DNA from: Chrysomallon squamiferum
Taxonomy: Eukaryota > Animalia > Mollusca
Assembly (NCBI GenBank): GCA_012295275.1
Contig: CM022665.1
Coordinates: 3,596,001 to 3,660,000 of the forward strand
Reading direction: 5' to 3'
Length of the DNA: 64,000 bases
Positions 38,544 to 52,725 of the stretch are shown here, in pieces. Below the pieces are notes generated by a model. It made no database searches, had not been told where the DNA came from, and worked only from the letters and a program-made list of their open reading frames with translations. A program made the translations under genes and the position numbers. Numbering within the stretch: position 1 is the first letter of the stretch; every line of letters starts with the position of its first letter.

Positions 38544-41500
38544 GATCATGCCAACTTTAAAATGAAGCATTAAGTTCATTATTTGTTAAATTTTATATAT
38601 AACTTTGTTATTATTTAAAATTCTGTTATTTACTATTTTTATTAACAGAAGACTCCTATGCAATATAGTCATTTTCTGTAAGAAAAGATAATCAGGTTTG
38701 TTTTTTGTTTTTTGTTGTGCATACATGATTATAATTTGTTTTCACTTCTATCACAGAAAAATAAATAAAATAAAAAGTAAAATTTGTTTACTGTTCTTGA
38801 ATTATTTTTACATTGTTTATTATTTTTATATATATTTATTTATTATTATTTTGTTTTTATTATTCTTTTGTTTTTATTATTCTTTTTAGTGCTTGTTAAG
38901 AAGTTAATGTAAGATAGTTTTACCGTGAAATAACATTGTCTTTGACTATAATTTGTAAGCAGACAAAACATTTAACAGCATAACAATATTTTACCACTAG
39001 CTTTGTTAGATATATATATAGTGTTCTTAGTGTTAATAGCTTTATCTGGTATAACAGCTTAACATAATGAATAACAGAAAAGCCTTTTTCATTCTGTGAC
39101 TTTGTCTGGGTGGGAAAAAAAAAGATACAACATGCCATGTGGTGTATTGAATTCTGCACGTTAAAGAAGCAGCTAATGTTTTCAGAAAAACTTTCATGGT
39201 AAAACTATTGATTAACAGAATTTCAAAATTGCTTAACTAAGAAAAACCAAATAAGAGTTCATACTAATATTTTATATTAATAGTTAATCACCCATTAAAA
39301 ACGTGTACGTTTGTCATATCATTTTACAACATAATCTTAAATCTATTTATTGTTGTTTTTGTTTTTAATATTGTATATCATTGTTAAATATATCCTTGTA
39401 GACCGAAATATTTCTCTAAGTATGTTAATATCTGAAGTATGTTGAAATAATGCATTTAAAATATTACATTTGTAAATTTAGCAACAATTGTTGTATATCA
39501 GTATTTTAGTTTTCTGTATACAGTGATACATGTTTTTGAACAATATCACAGATTGTATTTCATTTCTGATTATAAATAAACCAATGTGTATGATATATAA
39601 TTATCAACGTGAAAATTACAAGGACATGTATTGTATGATAAGGAATACATTTTGCATTTTATCCTGAATTAGTTCAGAATTTTTTTTCTGCCAGTTTCTA
39701 TTCTGAGTAATTTGGATTCAGTTATATTTAAGAATATATCCAATCAAACACGGAAGAGGAAAGGTTTCTCCACTTACACTTAAAGCAGGAAATACTTGTT
39801 ATAAGGATTTTCAGCAAGTATGGAGATATATCTTTTATAAATTGACATGACATGAAGTAGTTTTCGTGTTATAAAATTTATAGGTGTCTTGTTTAAGAAA
39901 AAAATAATAATGTTGTGGAAGAAAACAAAATAACAAGTAACATAGGTCAGATGGCATCCAAATGTTGTCATGTGATATACTCTGTTCTTTGGTTTCATGA
40001 CTCATAAGTCATAGTGCCCTATCCCATTCTGACATTACTAACCCAGATATATAATATATACTTCAGTAGATGCCACTATCAGATTAATTACAGACAACGT
40101 AAACTTGTTACATGTATATGTTACTTTTACTGGACAAGAAAAAAAAAAAAGTAAAGTTTTTTTGTTTTGTTATTCACTTGTTTATTTATTAATATTACTA
40201 CTATTGTTTTATACTTACTATTAGTTATTAGATATTAATTTTTAACTATATTACAAATTTGATACTGTTATTTCATAAGTAATCTTAGACTTGGTTTGAC
40301 ATTCTTTCACTGTTAGAATTCATTATTAACCATTTATTTTCACTCATCAGTATACTCTGTTTGTCTTTCTCTCATTTTGTTTCCCTCACACACATACACA
40401 CACACTTTTTCCAAATGTGTTCTTTAGCATGGTCAAAAAATAACTTCCTTAGGAGTAAATAGTACCATTTATTTGATAGAAGCTGCTAATGAAATTCAGA
40501 AGCTTGAGTGAACTATTGCCAAAAGAGTAAATAAATCAGATGTTCGTGTATTTACATTTATTCAACTGTTAATGGTGTGAGTCAGCTGGCTAGCCAAATC
40601 AGAACAGGTGCAGTGTCAACACTATTAACAATAAAGTAAATTCACTTTGACATTTCCCTGTGGATATGATGATCAGATCACATCAGTTTTGTTAGAAATA
40701 CAACAGTGGAATGTGAAAGGTTTGTTGAACAGAATTTAGAAAATAAGCAGTGAAATTTTTCTTTTCATGTTTAAAGCAAAGTAGTTCCCTGTATAAGCTT
40801 ACAGATTCACACTTGTATTATAACAATGTAGATTGGGTAGGGGGAAATAACAATAAAAGATCCCTTCATTTTATTGATATAAAAGTGCTCATCTCATCTA
40901 GGAAAATAACTTTTTATTATCCTTTCCTTTCTTCAGAAAAAAAAATAATAATAAAGAACCAACAAAGCAAAAAACATAAAAAACAACAACACCAAAAGCA
41001 TAAAAAATCAATCTTAATGTAAAAAATTCATTAATAATTATAGAAGTATTACAACATCAGAATCATTGAACTGTTAATATATTTAAATAGTTGTTGGTTA
41101 AAATTTAAGACTTCCTTCCAGACCATTGGAAAAAAGGGAGAAATGACCTTAAAAAAAAAAATCTGCTTTTTTAGAGTTAATTCTATTTTACAGTATGTTG
41201 TCTGAACTAAAATCTGATGATAAATAATAATACTCTCTTTAAATGGGTCAGTTGTTTAAATAGTGTCAGGATTATTTATTTAAAATTTATCTGAACTCTG
41301 ATAGATTTCTGCTATTTTTGAAAGGGAAGGAGGAAAATATCTTAAAATGTATTTTTATTTTATTTTAATGGATCTTTCTGGTCTTTTTATTACTGTTTTG
41401 CTTTATTTTATTTTAACATTTTTATTATTATTATTATTATTATTATTTTCCTTTCTTTTCTCCAGTTTAGTAAGTGATTATGTTAGTTTTAAATTTATGT

Positions 41501-43180
41501 ATTTCTGCTGCTTCCTGGCCCCCCACCCCAGCAAAAAAAAAGAAAGAAAAATTATAACACATTAGCATAAACAGTACAGTTTTCTTAAATTCTGATCATG
41601 GAAAGTAGATTGGTCAGGTTTGGCCAAAATGACTTACAATATATTTAAAATAACCACTAGTGAACAAAAAAGGGAGGGAATGATTTAATTGTCAAATATT
41701 TATTTTAGTTTCATTTGAAGTGATGTTAACCAGTTCGTCTAGCATTTAGTGAGTAACAAATGCTACAACTGTTGATTGATTGATGTTGACACGAATTTTA
41801 TTTTTGGGACAGAAAGAAAACATGTTTAATTTTAATTCCATGTATATATGTATATGTTCAAATAGGTAACAAAGCAGATTTTCAGATATGTAATATATTC
41901 AAATCTAGAATTTTTGCCTGCAGCTTAATTTTGAAACATAATAATCCCCTTGAGTTATCTATTTAAAAAAAAAAAAAAAAAAAAATCTTTTTTAATGTTA
42001 GTAGCATGTTATTTAATTTCAATTTAAAATTATATATGAATGGAGATATTCACTAATACACATATTTAACATATACAGGTAATTGTAAAATCCTTGCTAT
42101 AGATAATTAATTTCAGATTGTTGTTTGTGGCACCAAAGTACTCATGATAAACAGCTCTTGTAGCTGATAAAGAAATACACAGACTTATTGAGGATGTGTT
42201 AACCCAGCAAGTTTTCAAACCAGTATTGAAATTCTAAATTAGGAGCTGCAGGTATCTGGTTGTTTAAAATGTCAGCCTTGTTTCAAACAACTAAAACTAA
42301 TCACTCTGAATATGCTGCCAGTTGTCTGAATTGTGTTTTTTTAGAGCTCCATCTGGTGTTCTTTAAAATCCCCTTTGTGTTGTTTATTTCCTCATGGCCC
42401 AATAGCTAGCAGACAATACATGATACACATCTTTAAGAAGTGAAAGTGAATTGATTTTTTTTTGATTTTTAAAATTAATTTTTTTTACCTTGAGGTATTT
42501 TATTACATCAGGTATCAAATTGAGTATGTACTTTAATACATGGATTACAGACGTACATCAGTTGCCCATTTACTGTTTGAAGGAAAAAATAACATTCCAT
42601 CATTTGACAGGAAAATGTTATTTCGAAGCAGTAGTGCCAGCAAATTCGAGTGCAGTTGGTTTAGCAGGATCACAGAATGCATTATTAATGAGTTTTAATC
42701 TGGTGAAAAAATTTCTGTGAGACAATGTGAAAAGAGAATGTACAACATGTAGCATTGCTTTAGCAAGTAGCTAGCTGAAGTATGGCAGGTAAAGTTGTTT
42801 TGTGCACAGCATTGCATGAGTGCTTTTAAATCAGTGCATCTGAAAAAGAATCACTACATGTCAAAGATGAAATCTAAATGTTACAGAATGCAGAATGTAC
42901 AATGAACTCTATGCTAGAAAAAGAATGAAATAATCAAATAAGTAATTGTCTGTGGGGGGGGAAAAAACATGACAGGAAAAAAGTCCTAATATTATTTCTT
43001 ATGGTTCCTGCTCTCAGTATTGTTGTGTTTGGATATGTTTGGAAATTGTTAATGACAGAGGTATAACTCCCCAAAATGTTAAACTGTTACTTAAAACAAA
43101 AACAATCTAACAATATACATGTACGTAATTAATAACGTGTCAGTTTTTTACATGGGTATTAATAACAACAGTAATTTTCC

Positions 43181-43219
<39 letters not shown>

Positions 43220-44731
43220 AATTATAATTTTTTCTTTCTTTTAATTTCAATAGTTTAATTAAAGGAAAAAAATTCATTTTCTATTTTGACCATAACACAT
43301 TATAAGAACAAAAAATTGATGCCAACAGTTCACATACAGGGAAATACACATTATTTTATTGTTTTGCCCTCATTAAAACAGTCTGAATATAATACTAACT
43401 ATGTATATGTTTGTTATAAATGGGTGTGTCTGTTGCAAGTTTATCCATATCTTAGCAGTACTGTCAGTAATAGTCTTGGATATAATAAATGTTTGATTCT
43501 TTCCACAAGGACAACAGTTAACAAATATACATAGTTATCTTGCCAAGTTAAATAAAGTTTCAGTACGAGGAAGTGATTCATCTCGGATATTAATTTCTTG
43601 ACATTTGATTCATGTATGTGTTGTCAAATAAACTTTCATTTAAATATTATTATTATTATCATTATTCTTTTTTTCTTTCTTTTTTTTTTTTTTTTTTTTT
43701 TTTTTGTTCTTTTTACCAGGATTAAAAACATGTTTTTAATTTATGTAACATGTTGGTGGTAACATAAATGCTGGTACGAGAATATAATAGTACAAGTGTT
43801 CAGCTTAAAGTTAATGGACATAAAATGTGTTTCTGACTCCATTGTCAGCTAACTTGTATTTCTTTTGCAAGGAATGAATTTGTGAAATATTAGAAAAGAA
43901 ACTGCTTATATATATATATATATATATATATAGATACATATTTATATATATATATAGATAACATATATATATATATATTTTTTTTATTATATTCGGTATG
44001 AGCCCTTCGTTCATTCCAGCCACTGATTTCTCACACACTGTATTCTGTTACATGTCAAATAACTTTTAAACTCTTTGCTTTCAAGACTATATTATATATG
44101 TTTTATATTTTTATTCGTTTTAAAACTACAGTTAATTTATGTTTGATTATCTGTTTAAATAAATGTCTATCGTTTTTCATTACATGTTAAAACAGGGTGA
44201 ACTGTTATCTTACATTATCTCTCTAAAGATTGGTAGCTAACTTGCCAGGATATAAAATACTTCTTCTTGCTTTGGATTTCTTCCTGCTTTAGATTTCTTC
44301 CTGCTTTAGATTTAGTATCTTGAATTTCATACTGGCAGTTTGCTAGGGCTCTTCTGTAGTATACATTTAATCTGATTAATTGGTCTCCATTGATATCACT
44401 TACCTTTGTGCTTGTGCCGAATACAGTTTTCATTATTATGTGACAAAGTGCACATGTTAAAGAAAGGACTTTATGGAATACTGCAAGGAACAAGTTAATG
44501 TTTGTGAATGGTGTTAAAACTAAGCATTGGTGTTTGGGTAATATTACATGATCTTAAACATTCAGCATGCTGAGTTACTATAAAGTATGGCTCTCATTTG
44601 CCTGCTTAAGTATTTTTTTTTTTTTTTTTTTTAACCAAACCGTAGCGTAGATTCTTGAGATAATGAGATGTACTTAGCAAAAATAAAAATGGTAAAATTT
44701 ATTTTCTCACTTTTCAGACTAATGTAGGATC

Positions 44732-45647
44732 ATGCCTCTGACGAAGCGGAATATCGAACCAATCCATGTGAGCCGCGTTGATGTGGCACCAAATGTGCGC
44801 AACGAGCTCGAATGTGTGACAAACAACACCCTCGCCAATGTGATCCGAGAACTGAGTAGTCTGAGCAAGCATGCAGAGGACATGTTCTATGAACTGTCTC
44901 AGGAGGCCAATGCAGTCTTCAGCCGAGCTCATCAGCTCACCATGCGTATAGAACATGTTCGTGACAAAGTCACCCAGCTTAATGCTGCTGTCGATATTGG
45001 TAAGTATCTTATCAGTAAAATGTGTGTTTGAAAGGAAAAAGAGGTATATTGTAATGTCATAATTAATGTACTAAAAAGTAAATGTTTAATGTTTGGTGGG
45101 TTTTTCTTTTTGGGGGGGGTGGCTTTATATGGAACTACATTCAAGAAAATAATAAATGTTAGTCACCTAATAAGGAAAAAAATGAAGAAAACTAAGTTAT
45201 ATATTTAAATGTGAACAGCATACTTTAAAATCCTACAAAATCCTGAAGTATCCAAAAATTTAAGTTTTGAGGCTGCAGCATATGACTGAAAATGGTACAG
45301 TAATCCACAAACTTACTAAAAATAACTACAAATGACAGAGAACCTCATTGTATAGATCACTTGAAAACCTTTTCTTTTCTAGGAATTGAAAAATGGGCTT
45401 AACAAGATAGTTCTCTATGAATCAGAATTATTAAACGTTTTTTTTTTCTCTCTCCATGTATTATTGTTGTTTATGTAAATACAGAATTATTTTGATGTTA
45501 TTATAACTGTTGGTCTCAATCGCCTTGTTTTTAACACGGACATTACATCAGTACCTCAGTTCTGTTACATGTTAACATCTTTTCATGACCTGTAATCATG
45601 TACATTTGATATATCTGGTATGACTCACTGTGAGTATGTACCTGTGA

Positions 45648-45700
<53 letters not shown>

Positions 45701-48700
45701 AATATTACTATATATTGTTGTTGGTTGAGGTCATCCACTTCATGTTGTGCTAACTCACTGGGTGACATACCAATGAAAAGTATAGCTTGTGGTGAATAAC
45801 CAGTAATAGCTGCTGTTTAAATAAAAACAAAATTTATTAAGCGGATCACCTTTGGCTATAAGCAAAGTTTTTAGTTATCAGAGATTTAAAAAATAATAGC
45901 AATAAAAAAAAAATAAAAAAAATTTGTACAGTGGGCCTCCCCCCCCAAAGAAATATCTTAACTTAACAAGTTTATTCATGATGTGGTTCACCTAAACAGT
46001 TAATTGTGTACAGATTTATGCATGACTGATTTTTGTTTTTTAAAATACTTAAATGTGTGGTTGTGTTTCTATCACCTTTGTATTATATACAATGAATTTG
46101 TTATTAATTAAACACAATATTCATTGTAAATATAAGGTTTAACTTTATTCATTATTCTTTTAATTAGTGTTGTACTGAACAGGCATAATTTTGAAAATTT
46201 GTTGTATTTCTTAAAGGTTTTTCAGTAATATAGATATGGGTTAGTTGATCACAAATTAATTCTAATTTATGTAGTTTTTAAACATCAATGTTATGAAGAT
46301 ATTGGCAGATTGTGTACAAGCTAACTTCTGTCCTTCTGAATTTGTCACCATAGAGCAGAATCATTCAAAGTACATAAATGAATTTTTTTTCTCACTTTTT
46401 TCTTTCAATTCATATATATTTGTAATGATGTTGTAGTTGTATATATTAAGTAATTGTTACAGAACCAATAATGGAAGAATTATTCACTTTGAAAGATGTC
46501 ACCCAATTATGGGTGGTTGTTTTGTTGGAGGCTTTTTTTCATGGCAGAAATCATCTGTGAGTTTCAAGTTTATTGAATTGCAAAAAAAGTCATGAAAACA
46601 CATCTTGAAATGTAAGAAAATTTACTGGTTTGTTTTGTTAAAGATGTCAGGTAATTTACCTGAGGAATTATATTATTCAAAATCATTTTGAAATATCATT
46701 GATAGAAGTTCATGGCACAGTGTGGAATATTGTGTGTTTTGATGTATTGGTAACAGTTACTTGTTTTTTGGATGTTGTTTGTGAAGTAGAAACAGGCTGA
46801 ATTTTCAGATGTCAACTTGGGGAAGACTTTATTTAAATGTTACCTGTTTTATGTGACAGTTTGAGTTTTAGAAAGGTAAATAAGTTAGCAATATAACCGG
46901 CTAGTGTGTTTTGGTATGTTAGCAAGCATCTTAATACTAGCTAACAGAAAACTTTTGATCACTAAAATGGCTTTTTTTAATTCTTTTTTTTAATTATTAA
47001 GGTGTTATTTCCACTGAAAGACAACTTTGCTTTTAATTACAATAATTGCTTTTTAACGATGATTTTTCCTTTTATTTATTTATTTATTTTTATTTTTTTT
47101 ACTGGCTGAAACCTAAACATTAATATCGGAATAACCTTATTAAATACCTAAATTTCAGTTCCTAATTAAACGGTTGTGTTTAAAGAATATATTTTTCTTT
47201 TCTTTTCACCATCATAGTATCACTGGCCAACATTCACTCTATCAAGCCATTTAAGAGCACAATAATCAAGGAACAGCAAGGACTGTCAAGAAGCACAATT
47301 CCCAGATCTATCCTGGAGATGCACCAGAAATGTGATCGTCCTCCACCGCTTGAAAAACTAAATGTGTTCAGGTATATGTTGACAATACCATTATTTGTTT
47401 ATTGTTTTGATAAAAACAACTGGCCTAAATATATATATACTGTACATTTTCAAATTATTTGTTTCAAATGATTTTTGCTCATGTTAATGTATGCTGGCAT
47501 TTTGTTTTTTCATTTTGTTATTGTAGTCATGAGATCATTGGTTTAATTATGATTTTTTTTTTTTTTTTTTTTTTTTTGTTGTAAGGGAAAAATAATCCTC
47601 TGTGAAAAAAACATAATCAGTTTCCCACATTTTACAAAAGTGTCCAAAGATGCTGGTAATGTGTGATCTCACTGTTTGCTTAAGTTAAGTACAGAGAGAG
47701 TGAACATATTAACAGAAACCAAATCCTTCTTACTTAACCTGTGGATCAGAAATAAGAATATAAAAAAGGTCAGTGTCCTCTCAACTAACTAAACTTGTAT
47801 TTGTAGGGAAGATGGCAAAGACAGTATGGCTTTTTATACAGATCCTGGATTCTTTCTTAACCTTTGGTGCCTTGAAATGGACAAAGAAATCAAGGAGAAA
47901 AAGTCGGAACTGGTGAAGAAACGAAAAGACAAAAGGGTAGGAAATTAGAAAAAATCATATGAATTTTTCTTGATCACATATTGAAGTAAACTTAACCTTT
48001 GTTCTCGTGTTCTGTTTTACTCTCTTCAAAAAAAAAAAAAAAAAAAAAAATGCTTTTCAAACTGATGATGGCTTGCAAATATATACATAGCGTAAATAGG
48101 TCTTTTGGTTCAGTTAAATTGTTATTAACAGTATACATACAGAATCACTGAAACATTTGGAAACTGGTTTTCTTTTTTTTTTCCCCACAGAAACCTCATG
48201 CCACACCCAGACAGATTCGAGAACCAAAAAGTAAAAAAGAAATTTGGGACAAACAGAAAGATGGCAAAGAGTTTGTAGAAATACCAGATGAGCACCCCAA
48301 GGCAAAGCAACAAGAAGAAAGTAGAGATTATTCTAATTCTGATCACAGACAGTCTAACAGACCAGAGACACTGCTGGTTAACAACTCGCAGATCAACTCC
48401 ACAGCCCAGATGGATAGAGCAAGCATGGCCAACCATTATCCACATCATGTGCAACCAACAACAGTAGCAACAGCAGCACAGCCAGTAGGAAATCGGTCTT
48501 CCAATACTCAGATGAATGGGCCATATTCTCAGCACATAATACCTGATCATGTGGAACCTTCTGTTCCACATCCTGAACAAATGGCATACACTGGCATTCA
48601 TCACATGCCTGGGAAAGTGAGCAGTCCACAAAACAGGCCATCCCAGCCCCCACCAGCTCCACCTCCAGGAGTAAGGCAGAGCTTGCCTCCACCACCGCCA

Positions 48701-49859
48701 CCACCACCAATACCAGATAGTGTTGAAGAGGCCATCCCTCCCATGGGTCAGATTCACCAGCAGCGAAGTAATCAAATATTTAATGATGTTGAAATGACTG
48801 GCTCACCAGTGCGTGGACCTGTCTCTCAGAGAAACTCGCCAGCAAGGCAACCCACATACACACAGCGAGCAGTTTCAGACACCAGTGAACTTCCTTCACC
48901 ACCACCTTCTCCAACCTCAAATCACACTCCAGACACCCCAGGCAGTCATAACTCCTTGCCCCCTCCTCCTTCTCCTCCTCCACCTTTTATGAACATAAAG
49001 GCACCATCTCCACCACCTCCTCCACCCCCACTTATGAATGGTACGCTACCTAATCCTTCTGATTCAACATCTATATCGTCAGGAGGAAGTACTGTCACAT
49101 CAAACTCTACTGTGGAAACCGTGAAGCCAAAAGCTGTTGACGAAAGAAATGATCTGTTAGCAGAAATTAGGAAAGGAGATTGTAAGTATTCAAGAAATGT
49201 TGAAACTTCTAGCATTCACTTTCTTTTTCATTTTTTTTTTCTTTTTTTTTGATTGGCTCAAAAACTCTCTTTGAAATACATGGTATTCTTTAAACTTTTA
49301 TTGAAAGAGAAAAGATTTTAAAGAATTCTTGGATAGAGAAAATGCTGCATACATAATACTTTAATATGGAAATGTTTCTGCAGGACAGTATCTATTACTC
49401 GTTTTCAAAAAAACAGAAGATGATCAGGTTCAGTCGACAATGATCTTGTTTTTGAAACCAGGCCACATCAGCAAGCCTACAATAGAAAAATGCATACTAA
49501 TGATGGGACAAATAAAACCTTTATTTTTTTTATTTTTTTAAATAATGAAACTTAAGTTCTTTAAATTGCCACACATGCATACAGAGACATGGATGTTGTA
49601 ACAAATTACTGTAAATTGATAGATAAATACATTTTTTACATTTTCAGTTTTTTATTTAGTTTTTGTTTTTGTTTCTGCAGGGAATAAAAAGTTGAGGAGA
49701 GTTGAAAACCGTAAAGAGGAACAGAAACGCACACCTGCAGGCAGGATAGATGTGCAGGCAATGATGGACAGGGCGATTGAGTTGAGGCGGAAGGTTATAG
49801 AAGAAAGTGATGACGATATGGTAGACAATGATTCGGACAATGATTGGGACACTGACTGA
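44732..49859 (+). CDS. WASF: Wiskott-Aldrich syndrome protein family member (WAVE/SCAR), 573 aa; coding exons 44732-44999, 47218-47371, 47807-47936, 48191-49181, 49681-49859
   Basis: N-terminal SHD MPLTKRNIEPIHVSR...ELECVTNNTLANVIRELSSLSKHAEDMFYEL; CDRPPPL...FYTDPGFF; basic region; polyproline tracts; WH2 (DERNDLLAEIRKG..KLRRVE); central and acidic C-terminus ending in DNDWDTD. GT-AG introns; 1722 nt in frame. Confidence 0.96.
45652..45698. repeat. (TG)n microsatellite
   Basis: Directly visible. Confidence 0.95.
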
Positions 49860-50020
49860 GTTTCTGTAGTAAACATAGCATTGTGATCATTTCAAGTATT
49901 CCTGATGTCAGCTCAACCAGAAAATAGTGTTACAGATTAATTAATGAAAGGATGAGAAAAAAAGGTTGAAACCTAAACTCTGAATTTTTAACTTTTTATT
50001 TTTTGTATCGTACTGTATTT

Positions 50021-50056
50021 TTCTTCTTCTTCTTCTTCTTCTTCTTCTTCTTCTTC
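50021..50056. repeat. (TTC)n microsatellite in the presumed WASF 3' UTR
   Basis: Directly visible. Confidence 0.9.
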
Positions 50057-52687
50057 TAAATAGTTATTATTATTATAGTGTCATTACCTGTGTAAATTGT
50101 AAATGTATCAAATCTGCAGGAATGTGTAAGTTTGGCATTAAAATATAGTAGCTTACATGTTATTATTTTATGGTTATTTTTTTCTTCTTTTTCTTCTTTT
50201 TTTACTCATAAGATTTCATTGACATTAACAAATATGTGCCAAGTTTCAGAAGTTTTTATTTCACTTTTATTTTTCTTCTTTTTTCTTTTTTTCATTCATT
50301 TTATTTTATATTTGTAACAGAGTGTGATGGTTTGGAATGTTGTTTTCCTTTTAGGTTAAGCACAGCATGGCATGTCTGTATAGCAGCATTTTGATTTCTT
50401 AATAATGAGTGAATCATTAAGTTTTTATTTAATCTCTATATGATCTATGACAGAACAGTCATGTGGAGATACTTTTATCTGTTTATACATTACTCAGTTG
50501 CTTTATTTTATTTCTTTGTGAAATCTCTTTGCATTCTATTGTATTACAAACCACCATTTAAGAATGATTTTTATTACATATTATATTACATATATCTTAA
50601 TTAGTTCAGAAAAATAAATATATATCAGAGATGGGTATGGACAGAAAGATTATCAATTTTTTTTTTTTTAAAGTGTACATTGTCACAGGTTTTTGAAATC
50701 ATTTTTTTTATATATATATATTCAGTCTACTCTAAAAAAACAAAATCTTTGGTTTGTTTTTCTTACATTTTATTTTGATTTATTTTTAAAGACACTGATA
50801 TGTCATGTCTGAAATGGGGACAAAAGAATTAGATTTTTATACATTGATGAATTTGTCATCACCAACACACACTTTAATTTGATTTTGTCTTTGATTGCAT
50901 GTGTAAACACCAAGACAAAGCATGCCACATTTAAATAAACTAACAATGCCAAATTCCTTTTTGACCTCAATACATTGGTACATCTGACAACCATGTTTTG
51001 AAATTTTTAAAACCTTGTCCATTATTTTTAATGTCGGTAGCATTGATGATTTCTAACAGTTCAAGCAGATACAGAACGAACTTAATTAATAATTTTTGAG
51101 TGAGTGAAAATGACTTTGTTTTCCTGATTACATGTGGAAATGTTGGTATAAAAACAGTTGAGTGTAGTCAGCATTGTTGTGTGTGAGTGTGAGTGTTTGT
51201 CTGTCTGTCTGTGCACCATTGCAACCAAAATAAAAATACATAAACATACAGTTTTGTTTAAGTATATCCAGGAAAGTCTTTAATATACAATATTTATTTA
51301 TTTATTTATTTATTATCGATTAAAATTAATCATAAAAGCCTGTATCATGTTGGAATAAAAGAAAAAATGTAGACAGCTTTTTACTTTACAGAGCATTATT
51401 TATTATTCACATGTCAAACAGCATGATTTAGTAATTTCAGAATAATCTTCAAAATGTTTTACTTTCTTGGTTCTTTCTTCAATTACTCTGAATTTAATGT
51501 TGTGTTGACAGCAGCTCGTAGATTTGTTTTTATTGTGTTATGAGACACCTCAGTTTTAGTGTTACCAGTTTTGGATGTTTGTTTGTTTGTTTTTCGATGG
51601 CTAAAAAAAATTAACTAATTACTATTAGAATTTTATAAAATTATCCTGAATTTGTGAACAGCATGAATTAATTTGGCTGTAGGCATTTTGAAAGGGGAAA
51701 TAACCTTTTGAGATTTGTGATTTTGATCCATATTCATTCCAGTATCAGTAATAGTTAAATAAAAATGGTGCTGCATGAATAATTTTGAATGTTACTCGTT
51801 ATTATATCTTTAGACATCTGTTTTCACTTTGTTGTTTTAATTTAAATGAATATTAAGTTACTTTAAAAAAAAAAAGAAAAAAAAAAAAGATCTGGACAAA
51901 ATTTAGTTTGCAGACTGAAATGTATTTTTTTGGTCTGATAACCTTGAGTACAAATCACAGGGCAGAAGTATTTCTGGGTGTGATGGTGTGTAATAATTGT
52001 GTATTTGGCATGAGTGCAATAATTATGTTGATTTTTAATCTATATAACTATATAAATATATAAGAGTAAGATTTCTTTATTAAAGCATTGTTGATAATAA
52101 CCGGATTATTTATACACCTTAACATGATGATTGTTCAAATTCTTCTGTACAGTTATGTTCACATTTTATTTTCTCGTTTCCACTTCTTATGATTAGTTTT
52201 AGCTGTGTATTACCATGTGTAAACAAATATTAAACATGGACAAAATTACTTCATTTTTATTAGCAGATCCAGATATGAACATAGATATTTTGAATAATAA
52301 TATCATATTATAGTGTAGAAATAATATATATTGTGCAATGCATTATCAATATTAACAGTTTATGTAACAGTGATAATATGTTATTACATTTACAATGATC
52401 AAAAAAAAAAAAAAAAAAAAAAAAGTTAGAAATATTTTTAACGACATACTGGAGGACATATTTTATCAAATATAGTGACTGGTGTTGTTAAGTGAAAAAT
52501 AAAAATATTTTTCAGTATCAGTAATCAGTAGAACAGATTAATGTAGAGTGAAATAAATAATAATATTTGTAATCAATTGATGATCCCAAAGGGAACTGTT
52601 GGTTGTTAGAATGTATTAATTACAAGAAAATGTTTTATGTTGAACGTAATCACATTTATTATTATTTATATGTATATATTTATTTTT

Positions 52688-52725
<38 letters not shown>

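Noticed and set aside
44215-44493. Minus-strand ORF with a 17-bp tandem repeat (TTTCTTCCTGCTTTAGA x3) just upstream of the WASF coding exon
   Set aside because: The unit length is not a multiple of 3 and there is no domain similarity, so I treated it as a small intronic tandem repeat.
48060-48155. TGATGA...CTGA pair in a WASF intron resembling a C/D box snoRNA
   Set aside because: The terminal stem is weak, the D box is only about 40 nt from the acceptor, and there is no recognisable rRNA-complementary guide. These boxes are common in AT-rich DNA.
48125-49215. Long antisense ORFs (216 aa, 105 aa, 89 aa) over the WASF proline-rich exon
   Set aside because: These are shadow ORFs produced by the CCN-rich codons of the real plus-strand exon.
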